From: Perkinsela sp. CCAP 1560/9
Taxonomy: Eukaryota; Protista; Euglenozoa: Kinetoplastea
Assembly (NCBI GenBank): GCA_965644495.1
Contig: CBFFSA010000005.1
Coordinates: 682,001 to 746,000, forward strand
Direction of reading: 5' to 3'
Length of the DNA: 64,000 nucleotides
Shown here one piece after another: positions 1-12,420 of the stretch. Under the pieces are notes generated by a model. The model was given only the letters and a program-made list of their open reading frames with translations, did not search any database and had not been told where the DNA came from. A program made the translations under genes and the position numbers. Every line of letters begins with the position of its first letter. Position 1 is the stretch's first letter.

Positions 1-1757
1 CTACCCCCTACCATGCTGAAATGATTCTTCACTATATTAAGGCTGCTGTTTACCGTAGTTGAAAATAGCGGAAAATCTTGCTTCTTGTCCCCTACAATTT
101 TTCGAATTGTTCTGTACGCGGATTTTGGAGTTGATTTAAGCTCTTTTTCCAGGGCGTCGCACTCATTTATAATAGAGGAGTCTAGTTTTTCAGAGAATTC
201 TTTTGATGCAGTAGCAAACATAGTTTTATTGCCCACGATCTTCAGCAGAGACTTCATGACAAATCCGGATAGATCTGTTTCAGCATCAATGCGAATTTCT
301 TTTGCGTTACTAGTTTTATTGGGAAGACTAGATGCGGACACTCTAACAGCAGAAGAGAGTCTTGTCCAAGATATTTCGCTGGCCTTATCTATTTCCATTT
401 TTGGCGCGTTTTCGGACTTCTCATCCTCCGACCGAATTCTTTTTGGCACAGATTTTAATGATTCCTTTACTTTCGAAACAAACTTATTTCGGATTTCATC
501 ATTTTTCAATGCCTCCCAAAAAGGCTTTTGTTGAGACAGTTTTTGATTTTTCCATCGAAAATTGAAGTTCGATGTCAAAGCACAATGTCTGGTAGGTATG
601 GGTGCGATGTGGCATTTTGTGGATCGTATAGAAGAGAAAAACCTTTTGTTATCAACGATGTGGTCAAGTTGCTTGGTCATTCCCTCTGGATGCCGACGAG
701 TTTTAGGAAACCTATACGTCCATTTTCTTCTTGCACAACAGCCTTCATGCACAGATTGAGCTCCAAGCGAGCATAGTAGCTTTCGTAACTGTTTTGCACG
801 CTTTGTATAACATTTCCTCCCCCCTGGGTTTAGTAGCGGCGAATTTAGATCTCCACTAATGATTCTTACCATACCATCATCTTCATAACATGCATCGAAT
901 AAGTCTTCGTCAAAACTTTGTTGCGTCGATTTGTTAGCTTTCGCTGTAGGTGAATAGACGTTGTAAATGCAGGCTTTCGTTTCACCTAGAATGAAGTGTC
1001 CACTCATAATGCGATCGCTAATCTTCTGAACAGATAGAGGTTTAGTGCTCAAAAATGCCATGCCATTGTACCCGTTGATTGCACTCATCAGGTAGAGGTG
1101 AAGTGAGATGCCGTTTAAAAAGAGCTGCCTATGTAAAATAGAATCCTTATCATCAAATTTTAACCTTGTTTCCTGAAGCGCCATGATGTCAACATGTTGA
1201 CTCCTCATGAGACCTGCCACTTGATATAGTCTAATCGACTTCCGAAGCGTGAAAGTATCAGTCGCTTTGACTTTCAAGGTGTCCACTTTTAGGGTACTTA
1301 TCGTAAAACCCCCTCTCTTAGCATTCTTCTCGGATCCCTGACCCCGGTAGCCACTTCGAGGACAGTTGGTGCGTTTCCTATTTCGTTTGGATTTCCATTT
1401 TCCCAAGAAACCTACCCTACCACCCAGAATTTGAACTCGTTCATCTTTCGGAGGAAACAGGAAAAGGCGATCATCCACTAAATCATACTTCACTAGACGT
1501 CTACCGTCCGGAAGCATAGATTTAACAGTCCCCTCCCACAACCTCGTACGTAAATCATATGACATACTCCAGGCAACAGCAGAGCGTTTTCCAGGAGACA
1601 AAAGACATGACATTCGAAACAGGTCCCGCGGCCGGAGTTTGGCTACTCCCCATTTCCGCTTTTTAGGTAGAAACAGGTTTCCCCGACAACACGTGGCCAA
1701 TCGGAGTTTTTCTTTGACCGCCAAGAAACCCCAAAAGGTCCGGACGCCTCCGCCAAA
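1..1757 (-). mobile_element. 5' part of an APE-type non-LTR retrotransposon (LINE) ORF: N-terminal beta-rich domain, AP endonuclease and linker; open frame runs off the window edge
   Basis: Manual translation gives an uninterrupted minus-strand frame from ~1757 (first ATG 1613) to base 1. It is absent from the ORF track because it has no stop. Motifs: VDIMALQETR, IYNVYSPT, IISGDLNSP, WTYRFP, KQLDHI. The downstream part is clearly homologous to ORF 6513-8486. Confidence 0.85.
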
Positions 1758-1773
1758 TTATTATTAATTGCCA

Positions 1774-1899
1774 TTAATAAAAATTGTTATCTTAATAAAA
1801 ATTGTTATCTTAATAAAAATTGTTATCTTAATAAAAATTGTTATCTTAATAAAAATTGTTATCTTAATAAAAATTGTTATCTTAATAAAAATTGTTATC
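1774..1899. repeat. 18-bp minisatellite (TTAATAAAAATTGTTATC)x7 directly 5' of the LINE
   Basis: Seen directly; gives IKIVIL x7 in a spurious ORF. Confidence 0.95.
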
Positions 1900-2349
1900 G
1901 ACATATATCTATCGACATATCTATCGACATATAGCTATCGACATATACGTGGAACTCCTCAGGCCTAACTCCTCAGGCTGTTGGGATCACTCGCACTTCT
2001 TCTGCCGAAGCTGAGGATGGCAGGGCTTGTTACCGGTATCAAGCGTGCTTCCGCCCTGGAGAGGTCTTCCTGAGAAATCGGTGAGCCGATTTGCTTTTTC
2101 CATGGACGGAAATTTAGGCCTATGGTAACGTGAAGTCCAAAAAAAAAAAAACCTGAAGTCAGGTGTGTTCCTGGGTGAGGAACTTCCTCCACTTGAGAGC
2201 TTCCTTGGGAAGCCTCATCATGGTGCTGCGCCTTTTTGGCGTAAAATTCTACACCTCACCATTTCTCAATCCTATTCTATCCTATCCTATCCTAAAACAC
2301 TTGTTATTAAAACCAGTTAAGAAAACAACCTTTTCTTACGTTGTAACAG

Positions 2350-2890
2350 AAGAAGAAGAAGAAGAAGAAGAAGAAGAAGAAGAAGAAGAAGAAGAAGAAG
2401 AAGAAGAAGAAGAAGAAGAAGAAGAAGAAGAAGAAGAAGAAGAAGAAGAAGAAGAAGAATAAGAAGAAGAAGAAGAACACGGAGGGCTCTGCAGCGCCAA
2501 CCGTTGGGGTAGAGTCTCATTTCACCGACCTTCATCGTCTTGCTATCCCCTTCCCAGGCGGCACTCGACGCCTTGCGGCCCGAGCACGGCTACCAAACCG
2601 TAGCTACCAGGACGGGCGTCCACCCCGTTGCATCGTGTAGGCTGTGTCTCAAGCCTTCTTTGCGTAAGCAGCTCGCAATTTAGGGGCTGCGCTGGAGCCT
2701 GGTTCAGCTCTGCGGTTCCGGGTCGGTCCTCCAGGGGAGCGGGGTTGGGTGTGGGCCTTGAAGGCACTCCTGATCGCTTTCCCTTTGTAGTGAGGCCGCC
2801 AGGTTGCGAGTTTTGTCGACAGCGGGAATCGAACCAACAACCTGCAGGTTGTAAGGCCCACCGTCTACCAACTACGCCCGCACCGCCCCT
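2350..2890 (-). mobile_element. SINE family B: tRNA-derived head, structured body, (TTC)n tail
   Basis: Minus-strand head GGCGTAGTTGGTAG...CCTTACAA...GGTTCGATTCC (A and B boxes). Long (GAA)n on the plus strand at 2349-2476. Other copies at 12421, 16045 and 24100. The whole insertion 2350-3225 is flanked by TSD GTTGTAACAG. Confidence 0.8.
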
Positions 2891-3477
2891 ACGCCAGCAC
2901 CGCCCCCTACGCCAGCACCGCCCCCTACGCCCGCACCGCCCCCTACGCCCGCACCGCCCCTTTATTCTCCTCCCATGGGCAAGTTAGTTCAATAATGAGC
3001 TCTTTCCCGCCCCTTAGCTTTACCCACCCGTCCGGACGCAGCATACCGCCATTGTCGGCTAGCCACGTTGGAGGGAGTCGCATGCCAGGTAGGTCGAAAT
3101 GAGAGAGAGCTGTATGGGGGGACTCGCTTACATGGTAAGCTAGGGCCCGTAAGATGAAGTCGTGTCTGAAAGTGTAACGCCCTTGATCTAGAGCAACTCG
3201 GCATCCCGCGAGAATGTGCCTTGGGGTTGTAACAGCTTTGGATCCTTAGAAGTTTCATCCTTACCCCCCACAGATTCTTCCATTACCTGTTGAAGTTCTT
3301 TTTTGGTCCCTTTATGCTGCTTCTTTTTCACTTTAGGAGTATTACTGGAACCTAAGTACTCATTCTCTTCCGAAGGGAGTTCCACGGAACTTACACCTAC
3401 CTTGAGAGGCGGTGTACCATCCTCAACCGCACATCGCTTAGCCACAGACAACGTTTTAGTCTCACCAGACAAAATCC

Positions 3478-3860
3478 AAAAATCCAAATCCAAATCATTC
3501 CGGATTGCTCCGGATGGTCACTGGCAAGCCAGACCCTTCACAGACAGATTTGGAAGTTCCGTGGCCGACGTCCTCTACCAGTTTCCGCTTGCCCAAGGCG
3601 GAACCAACGTGCTGTTGCCAACACGCTGCGTCGACGAACTGTACGTCAACACGGCTTATCCAAGAGGTGTAAGCCGGGTAAGGGAGCTGGTTCCCTGAGG
3701 GGAGGGTCCGGGACGGTCCTCCGAGTACTGGGCCTAGTCGGTTATCAGCCCAGCCTCTTAGAGTGAGTCCGCCGGGAATATTGCGATGAGCGGGTTTGAA
3801 CTCGCCGTCTGAGCACCATGTGCTTCAAACTTTGAGTTCTTGCCACTACGCCACCTCCAC
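3478..3860 (-). mobile_element. SINE family A: tRNA(Ser/Leu-type)-derived head, multi-hairpin body, (TTTGGA)n tail
   Basis: Head TGGCGTAGTGG...GAGTTCAAACC with long variable-arm hairpin AGCAC-ATG-GTGCT. TSD CCAGACAAAATC. The uninterrupted homologous site is present at ~14835-14860. Confidence 0.85.
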
Positions 3861-5329
3861 CCCAGACAAAATCGATGTTTGCACTTTTTGTGAGCTCAGA
3901 GTTCGAGCTGGGACTACACCTGGCGTCTTTTTTCTCCTCTTTGGTTCTGAGGTATGAAGAGCCTTGCGTGTTCCTGAAACGGCCAGCGCATCAGCCTTCT
4001 CATTATGTGTTCCCATTATGGGACCTCACTTTGCACATGAATACTTCAACGTTCTCAGCTTGCATTGACCGAATTTTCCTGCCTAATAAGGGCAGAAGAT
4101 CCCCATTTGGTACTTTATTATACCCAATAAAACGGAGCCGAAATCTCATTAAATGAAAGAAATTCCGTACGTAGAAGGAATCAGTGTGTAACATTAGTTT
4201 CTTTGCTCCTTCATGTTTAGTGCTTGTTGTAGGGATTCCGTATCTGCTCTATCTGGTGTGTCAGCATTTAATCGTATGGAATAGTGTTGATCATTCTGGT
4301 TAGTCTGCTTTATGACGATTCCTGCGCCGCCTCTGCCTTCATTGGTGCCTCTAACGGTGCAAACCGAACCATCAATATACATATGTACTGCCTCTTCCCC
4401 TATCGGAAAGGGTTCGGGTCCTTCTTCAACGAACTGTAGTCCGTAAGGTTCGCCTCTGATTGCATTCCTGTGTTTGGCCTTCCATTGTGATGATTGTAAT
4501 CTAATATAATCTGGTAGTAGCTCAAGGTTTTGCCTGAGTTCTTCGCATAACTTTTGCCAGTGTGTTTGATCCGATGAGTAAACAAGAGCTTCCTCAAGGG
4601 TTATTCCTAAATCTACTTTTCGTGCCAGCACTCTTTAAAAGAATTCCTTGAGGCTTTTTAACGACAGCACGATGAAGGACACGATCAATTACAAGTACAA
4701 AAAGATATGGCGCAAGAAAATCACCCTGAAGAATTCCAGTCGTAATCGGAAAAGGCTGCGTGTTCCCGTACGGTGTGCGCACTATCCCCTGAAGATCAGT
4801 GTAAAGAGACATAATTGTGCGAGTCAGCGCAGGACCGACGTGAAAGGCATCAACCGCGGAACGAATAGCATGATAAGAAACGGAGAGGAACGCCTTGGCA
4901 AAGTCAATGAATGCTACTAATATGCCTCGTTTGTCTCTTGTTGCGCGTGCAGTTACAACACAACACAACAACAAAGACACTGATATTGAAATATCAGTTA
5001 AAGGATTTGTAGTTCATACTAGTAACGAAACATATAAAAATACAATATCACCTAGAATTTGCGCGGTGAAGTACCTTCCACAGCCCTGTCATCCATGTAT
5101 CCTAGTTACTTTCTTTGGAAATGCCTCTTTAGGGCGAATGTGTCTTCCAGCAACTCGCCTTCATATTCATTTGGCCTTCTGACCTGTTGGCTCTATACCT
5201 CTGTTTTTGCCTAGGGCACAGAGCGAGACGCGTTGTTAATTCAAAACCTTGTTTACGCAACCAGTGTATATAAAAGGGTATGTATATTTTGAAAAGAAAG
5301 AAAATAATAATGAGCCCATTCAAACACCT

Positions 5330-8300
5330 CCCTATGCATGAAAATTCAGTCCTCATTTGTTCAATCAGAACTCCTCGTAGATTTTTGTGTTGTACATTCC
5401 TCCTCACAATGTAATCGTTTAATTTGTGGAGTGCGCGCCGTAACTGTAGGTACGAAAACCTTGGTTTTACGTTGTACACGTTGTTTTTCATTATTCTGGA
5501 GCCTTTTTGGGCGAACCTTCTCATTGGATCTTGTTTGCTTGGCCTTTGATCGAGCACGTTTGTGCGTTTCTGATTTAGAATTTCTACTATTTGATGCCTT
5601 CGCGGATCCATTTTGGATTGGATTTGGATTTTGTAAGGGGCTGGAGTTTATGTCTTTGGCCGTAACCTGTGGGAGCGCGAAAGCTGGCAAAGTGCGTTTT
5701 TGCAAAGTTTTAATTTTCTTATCATTACTCAATGGAATAGGGTCTCTCCTTTTCGTGTGTGATTTATCATCAAAGCCACGGTAACAGAAGGAGCAATTTT
5801 CCTCAACTTGTTGCGAGGCGCGTTTTGCAAGCTAATCCAATGTGGCATTGTGCGGATTACCTTCATGACCCCTGACTTTAATGTAGTAAAGAGTATGATT
5901 CTCCTCTATCTGAAAGCAAATCCGGGTTATTTTTGATAAAAGCTCCGAATTTTCGAATGACTGAAATCCGATTAAAGAAAACCTCTTCCGAATTACGTGA
6001 AAGAAGTCCCAGACATACGCCGAATCCGTGTGAATAACAGCGTCCTTGGAATATGTCCTTGCAAGGCTCAACGCCTCATAGACAGCGTATAGTTCTGCGG
6101 CTGTTATGGTGAGCGATACGTGTGTCGGTGGTTTCAATCCTATAAGTGTCTTCCCGACTCGTTCCCCCAACAACACGATACCGCACCCTGAAGAAGTGCT
6201 CGTTCTCGTCGTTTTTAGTGCTCCATCGGTGTATAGATGCAAGGAATCGGATAGAAAATGGAAAGGTACTGACCCGTCTTCAACAAATTGTAGCATTGCA
6301 TAGTTTTCCTCATCTTGCAAGCTGCGTACATTCTTTCCCCACCCAGGAGATTCAATAGGCTTATAGGTAAGGCGGGGCTCAAGGCGTGATTTCAAACGAT
6401 GCAAATTCGAACGCCATCGTGATCGATCATTGGAAATTTGAATTACATCTGGTAGGGACAAGCCAAGGTCATCGGAACATGCTTCGGAAAGAGAGGCGTG
6501 TGTCGTTTTATCTCACTCGCGCCAAAGAATAGCAACACTGAATGGAGAATCGTGCCGAAGAATGTGACCAATAAGCTGCGCCCGTTGAGCCTTTGCTGTG
6601 GTGCTGAGCTTCAAATCATTCTGATATAGAGCTTCTAATCGAATAGACCGTTTTCCATCCCATGTACGCCCAACATTGCATACCATTCTTCGCATCTTAT
6701 TCATCTCAATGTCGAGTTCCCGAAGTTTGGAAGTCGATATATCCCACGTCCCTGCATTGTAGTTCACCACCGGCATGACTAGCGTGCGGAATACTGTCAT
6801 TCGACTAGACATTGGAAGAGGCGATTTCCATATTGACCGGAGTTTGTGCATCACCGCCCATCCTAATCTCAAGCGTTCGTTGGGTGCAACATTGCGATCA
6901 TCACTCTCCTGTGTGCTGTTTACTTTGGTGAGGTGCTCGGGTATATGAAAAGCGTTCAATGCACCTACAATGGCCGAGAATGGTACTGATGGAAAAGCCT
7001 GCTTGAAATCCACGAATGCCACCGCAACTCCCTGACCGCTCAAAGCCTTGGCGGAGATTTCTACGAAAGTAGCTTGTGCACCAGCAGTCGATCGGTGTGG
7101 GCGAAAACCGAATTGATTCGGCCGAAGCATGTTTTCTACCGCTGGTTGAATACCATCCAGGAATACCATCCTGTTCATTATCTTGACCACGTGATTTACT
7201 ATGCATACCGGCCTCCAGTTGGACAGATTGCCCAGATTTCCCTTTTTTGGAAGAGTCACTTGCAATATCATTTTCCATTTGTCTGATGCAATTCCTGTGC
7301 TTCTGACGTCATTTACTATATGAAGCAAAGTCCCCATCAATCTCTCATTTGCGCTCAATGACCTTAACGCTTCGATTGGAATACCATCGGAACCTGCCGC
7401 TTTTCCCGACTTCACTTTCAGCAGTGCGGAACGCAGCTCTGATAGTGTAAACTCTCCATCTTGTATTTCAATGAGGCTCTTTGTCAAAAGAGGAAAGTTT
7501 ACCAGACCACCTGTGTTCATCTCTTGCCCGATCGCCTGAAAGTGATTTTGGACAGTGCGGAGGCTATCCCGAACAGAGAAAATTTCACCGAACAAAGAAA
7601 ATTCCTTTCGATTGTCACCTACAATGTTTCGTATGGTGCGGTAAGCGCTCTTCGGATGTTTGTATAAATCTTCCGCAAGCACGTTGCATTCTTCTTTTAT
7701 ACATTTTCCAATCTTTTCCGCATGTGCCCTGGAAAAAGCATCAAATCTGTGCGGATTTCGAGCAACTTTCACAATAGCTTTCAAGTCGAGCTCCCCGGGA
7801 CCCGGCGCTTCATCCTTATTTGTATTGTGATTAGAAACTCGGGAAGGAAGCTCTCCGGAAGCATTCTTTACGGCACTAGCGAATTTGTCCCACAACAAAG
7901 GACCGACTGCATCATCTCTTGTTCGTTTGTTGCCACCCTCCATTGCAAATTCTACGTTCTTGACAAATTTATCCTTTATTACCTCATTCCGAAGAGATCC
8001 CCAAAAAGGCACTTGTTTGCCAGCTTTGCTTTGCGCCTTCCACCGTATTTTCAACTGTTCTGTCACCACGCAGTGGCGCGTCGGTAATGGGGCTAGAAGC
8101 ACCCGCTGAGAGCGAATCGCTGAACTAAAGCGTGTGTTTGTAATGATCTGATCCAGCTGCTTCGTGAGTCCCAGAGGATGTTTCACATTAGGCGGGAACC
8201 GATACGTCCACTTCCTCCCCGCACTACAACATTCGTGTGCGGATTTTGCTCCTATAGATAGCAGAAACTTCCTAAATTGTTTCGCCCTTTTAGAAAAACA

Positions 8301-8650
8301 CTTCCCCCCCTGCGGCGTTTGCAGAGGCGAGTTCATATCTCCACGTGTGCAGTTAACGCGTGCAGTTAAGTCATTCAATAGTAATTGAGCACCTGCGGTG
8401 GACCTGTCCGGGCGAAACCCAAATTGACTATCACGCAGCAACCCCTCTATTGATGGCCGTATACGACGCAAAATCATGCAGTTCATTAATTTTACTATAC
8501 TGTTAACTGGACAAATAGGGCGCCAATTAGAAATTTGAGATAGATCACCTTTTTTGGGAATCGGAACTTGTACTACAAGTTTTCAGCACTCTGGCGACTC
8601 CCCTGTTTGATGGATTTTGTTCATAATTTGCAATAGATAGGATCGTAATT
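5330..8650 (-). mobile_element. Rearranged LINE: APE C-terminal part, RT (internally deleted), RNase H and basic tail
   Basis: ORF 6513-8486 has KQLDQI, KAAGSDGIP, LPKKGNL..NWRPV, QFGFRPHRST and VDFKQAF but lacks the QGD/YADD block. ORF 5832-6461 is RNase H (LYTDG, AELYA, HTDS, KVRGHEGN). A second RT fragment at 8345-8650 is fused upstream. Confidence 0.85.
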
Positions 8651-8834
8651 CAGGTTGTATTTTTTTTTTGCGATGAATCAGGGGGGAGAAGTATGAAACG
8701 CGGCATTTCCTCTATATTACCCAATACATGAACATGATTTTACAAGCAATCAAATTAGCAATTTCACATGTTGTAGCCCAAAACTAGCAATTCAAGCTGT
8801 CCTAAAATATTCTTATAATATTCTGATAATAATT

Positions 8835-9790
8835 AGGCTCTTCGTTAAACGCGGTGGTTGTTTTCAACTTAGACGTCACTCATGCTGCGCGCTTCGCGTT
8901 GAAAACTACCGCCGCGTTCAACGAAGAGCCTACAAAAGAAAATTTAGCCTGGAAAACGGAAAGATTATGGCCAAAAATAGCCGAATTTCGGGTAAAAATG
9001 GAGTGATTTTCGCGTATTTTTGCTGTCAGAGCACTAAATCCGACATTTGCGCGTGGGAAATCACTCGTAGGCGTGAATGAAAGCCTACCGAACGTATTGG
9101 GTAGAGAATGCGACTCCAACCATACCATTCTTTCGACACAAAAATGCCTCTTTAGGTTCGAAAAATACTTTTTCACCTTTTTTAGTCAAAAATGGGTCAT
9201 TTTGAGGGGCGCACCACGGTTTGAAGAAGTGATACCTTGAGAAACCAACTGCGGAGAAAGCTAGTGTAGGTCCCAAACTATCAAAATACAATAGGGGAAA
9301 CGATTTTGGAAAAATATTTTTTTTGTCATTTTTTTCGCCAAGTTGAATTTTTTTTCAAATTTTTTTTTCCGAAAAAATCCGAACTTGGCGGACCCGTCCT
9401 GCGGATACGCGGGGGGGTCACCCCCGGGTAGGGGGGTGGAAAATCCGCGCCAAGACCCCGGCTACCCTTTCTGCGGTTCTTTTCGAAAACTAATTTTTTC
9501 GAAAAAAATTGCTCAACCATGACCCCCCTCGCCTGGACCCCCCCCCTGGACCCCCCGGCGCCCGCACATTGATAATGCATATTAAGCGGCACATTGATAA
9601 TGCATATAGCACATCCCCTGGAACCCCCCCATTTTTTTTAATTTTTTTTTTCAGTTTTGGACCACCGGAGCCCCCTTTTATATTTTTTTCTTCTATTATA
9701 TTACTGTGTTCCCCTTTATATTTTCACTGTTTTTGTTTACGTTTTTTTCAATAATCGAGTGTAGAGCGGTAGTTTTACAACCCCCGCAAT
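8835..9790 (+). mobile_element. Hairpin-ended non-coding element family C, full length
   Basis: ~96-bp 5' palindrome AGGCTCTTCGTTAAACGCGGTGGTTG...CTACCGCCGCGTTCAACGAAGAGCCT and 3' mini-hairpin GCGGTAGTTTTACAACC(A/C)CCGCAAT. More than 10 copies in the window; no TSD seen. Confidence 0.85.
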
Positions 9791-10106
9791 GATTCTGATA
9801 ATACTAATAATAAAAAAGGAAGCAATCCACGCAATATTCCAAATTCGGTGCGCGCACTCACGAGTCCTTTTATAAATAAAATATCTTTTTTTTTTTTGAC
9901 GAAGGTAACTATATTTAGATATATTCGCCATCATTTGTGCAAAGGGGCGATTATTCGAAAATTTTGATTTTGCTAATTATTTTTTTCTAATTATGTAAAG
10001 GGAAGGGTGGTGATCCAAAATTTTCGAGTTGCAAAGTAAAGCAAAAGCTTTATTAACTTTTGCAAAAAGTTTTAACTTATGGAAATTGTTTCTAATGTTC
10101 AATAAA

Positions 10107-11000
10107 ATTGCGGTGGTTGTAAAACTACCGCTCTACACTCGATTATTGAAAAAAAAGTGAACAAAAACAGTGAAAAAATAAAGAGGAACACAGTAATATA
10201 ATAGAAGAAAAAAATATAAAAGGGGGCTCCGGTGGTCCAAAACTGAAAAAAAATTTTGAAAAAAATGGGGGGTCCATGGGGGGGGTCCAGGGGGGGGGTC
10301 CAGGGGGGGGGGGCATGGTCGAGCAAATTTTTTCGAAAAAATTAGTTTTCGAAAAACAACCGCAGAAAGGGTAGCCGGGGTCTTGGCGCGCATTTTCCAC
10401 CCCCCTACCCGGGGTTGACCCCCCCACGTATCCGCAGGACGGGTCCGCCAAGTTCGGATTTTTTAGGGAAAAAATTTTTGAAAAAAAATTCAACTTGGCG
10501 AAAAAAATGACAAAAAAAATATTTTCCAAAATCGTTTCCCCTATTGTATTTTGATAGTTTGGGACCTACACTAGCTTTCTCCGCAGTTGTTTTCGCAAGG
10601 TATCACTTCTTCGAACTGTGGTGCGCCCCTCAAAATGACCCATTTTTGACTAGAAAAGGTGAAAAAGTATTTTTCGGACCTAAAGGGGCATTTTTGTGTC
10701 GAAAGAATGGTATGGTTGGAGTCGCATTCTCTACCCAATACGTTCGGTAGGCTTTCATTCATGCCTGCGAGTGATTTCCCACGCGCAAATGTCGGATTTA
10801 GTGCTCTGAGAGCAAAAATACGCGAAAATCACCCCATTTATACCCGAAATTCGGCTATTTTTGGCTATAATCTTTCCGTTTTCCAGGCTAAATTTTCTTT
10901 TTTAGGCTCTTCGTTAAACGCGGCGGTAGTTTTCAACGCGAAGCGCGCAGCATGAGTGACTTCTAAGTTGTAAACAACCACCGCGTTTAACGAAGAGCCT
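10107..11000 (-). mobile_element. Family C element, full length, inverted relative to the 8835 copy
   Basis: Same termini and body on the opposite strand. Confidence 0.85.
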
Positions 11001-11089
11001 AAAAAAAGAAATAAAATCATATATTTCGTCTGAACGATTACCTGACTTTCCTAGTATAATTACTAACACAAGTTTACATTTTTGTCATT

Positions 11090-11378
11090 CCTGGCCTCAC
11101 TCTAAGAGGCTAGGCTGATAACCGACTAGGCCCAGTACTCGGAGGACCGTCCCGGACCCTCCCCTCAGGGAACCAGCTCCCTTACCCGGCTTACACCTCT
11201 TGGGTGAGCCGTGTTGACGTACAGTTCGTCGACGCAACGTGTTGGCAACAGCACGTTGGTGCCGCCTTGGACAAGCGGAAACTGGTAGAGGACGTCGGCC
11301 TCGGAACTTCCAAATCTGTCTGTGAAGGGTCTGGCTTGCCAGTGACCATCCGGAGCAATCCGGAATGATTTGGATTTT
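11090..11378 (+). mobile_element. SINE A, lacking tRNA head
   Basis: Near-identical body and TCCGGAGCAATCCGGA-ATGATTTGGA tail. Confidence 0.85.
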
Positions 11379-11399
11379 TTGTTCCCATGTACTGTCTTC

Positions 11400-12320
11400 C
11401 TTTTTCCGTGCAGCGGAAAAAACTAGTTCTTGGAATTCTTTTTCTTTTTTTGGTCCCCGAAACATGGCCAGATTACGCCACAGCTTCCCTTTTTGTTCTC
11501 GCATTTTCATTTGATCTTCAAATTTACAATCACAGCACAATGTGTAGTTGATATCGGTGATTTAAGAACCCTATGTCTACTTATGCTTGAAGAAAAACGC
11601 TCAATCACTAATACACGATCAAGTGGCCTGCATATGTTTTTGCCTTTTCCCTTCTTGGGCAATGCGCACGTTTTGCAAAAAAAAAATTGTGCATTTTTTT
11701 TTTCCGGCTGGGGCAGAGGGAGTGTGCTGATCTACATCCAATGGAGCAGAGAAGGCCTCTCATTCTCGATACCGCCGGTAAATCCATGCGATAATTTGAT
11801 ACCATTGCTAATGGTGCATTAGAGTCGCCCATAGGAATTGTTGGTCGCCGACGACCTTTTGCACTAACCTTCTTCCACGCATGTTCAAGGTCCCCCAAGG
11901 ACTCCGCATGAGCGGTCTTCGAGGAATCTCTCATTGGCGTAGACGTTAATTAAGGTACCAGTCCATTGCTCTAGGGAGCATTGTGCTCTCATCACTCTGG
12001 GGCAAGAGGCATAGGGGGGGAAAGGTAATGTCTCTGACGGTCGCTCCTCATATCTCACCCTCGTAGGCAAACCCTATGTAAAATAGACTTGCAAACAAAG
12101 AAACACATTCTCACTAGTGAAGTGCCTCCATACCACATGGAGCCGAGATCCGACTCTAACTAACTTTATCAGTGCTCGCGCCGCCTTCTGGCGAAGTTTA
12201 GCAGGTCCTCTCCGCTGCGGTGGGCGAAAAAGAACCCCTCGAACACGCTTGGTTCGTGTAAGAGTTTCAAGGAGCTCTGTCCCCTTACACGCGCCGGCAG
12301 CATTCGCAATATTTTTATAA
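11400..12320 (-). pseudogene. Degenerate LINE N-terminal and APE region
   Basis: Fragments LINVYA, PMGDSNAP, LDRVLV and VRYEERPSETLPFPP. 12105-12320 is nearly identical to 26200-26420. Confidence 0.65.
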
Positions 12321-12420
12321 TCATATTATAAAAATCGTGTTCTTATAAAAATGGTGTTCTTATCAAAATGGTGTTCTTATCAAAATGTTCTTATAAAAAT
12401 GGTGTTCTCGGTGATTACAA

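Larger units (their letters stand above)
2270..4980 (-). mobile_element. Degenerate LINE 3' half (RT fragment, RNase H, basic tail, (TAGGA)n 3' end) carrying nested SINE insertions
   Basis: RT motifs FIDFAKAF and TGILQGDFLAPYLF (4594-4980). RNase H motifs HMYIDGS, HTDS and KVRSHNG (3950-4631). The 3' UTR and tail match 14680-15151. Confidence 0.8.

Noticed and set aside
2163-2535. Poly-Glu/Leu ORFs (also poly-Phe/Lys/Ser at 12616-12940)
   Set aside because: Translations of the SINE B (TTC)n tail.
8880-10955. Recurrent small ORFs such as MKKYFS..AVVFNAKRAA
   Set aside because: Artefacts of non-coding family C; frames are not conserved among copies.
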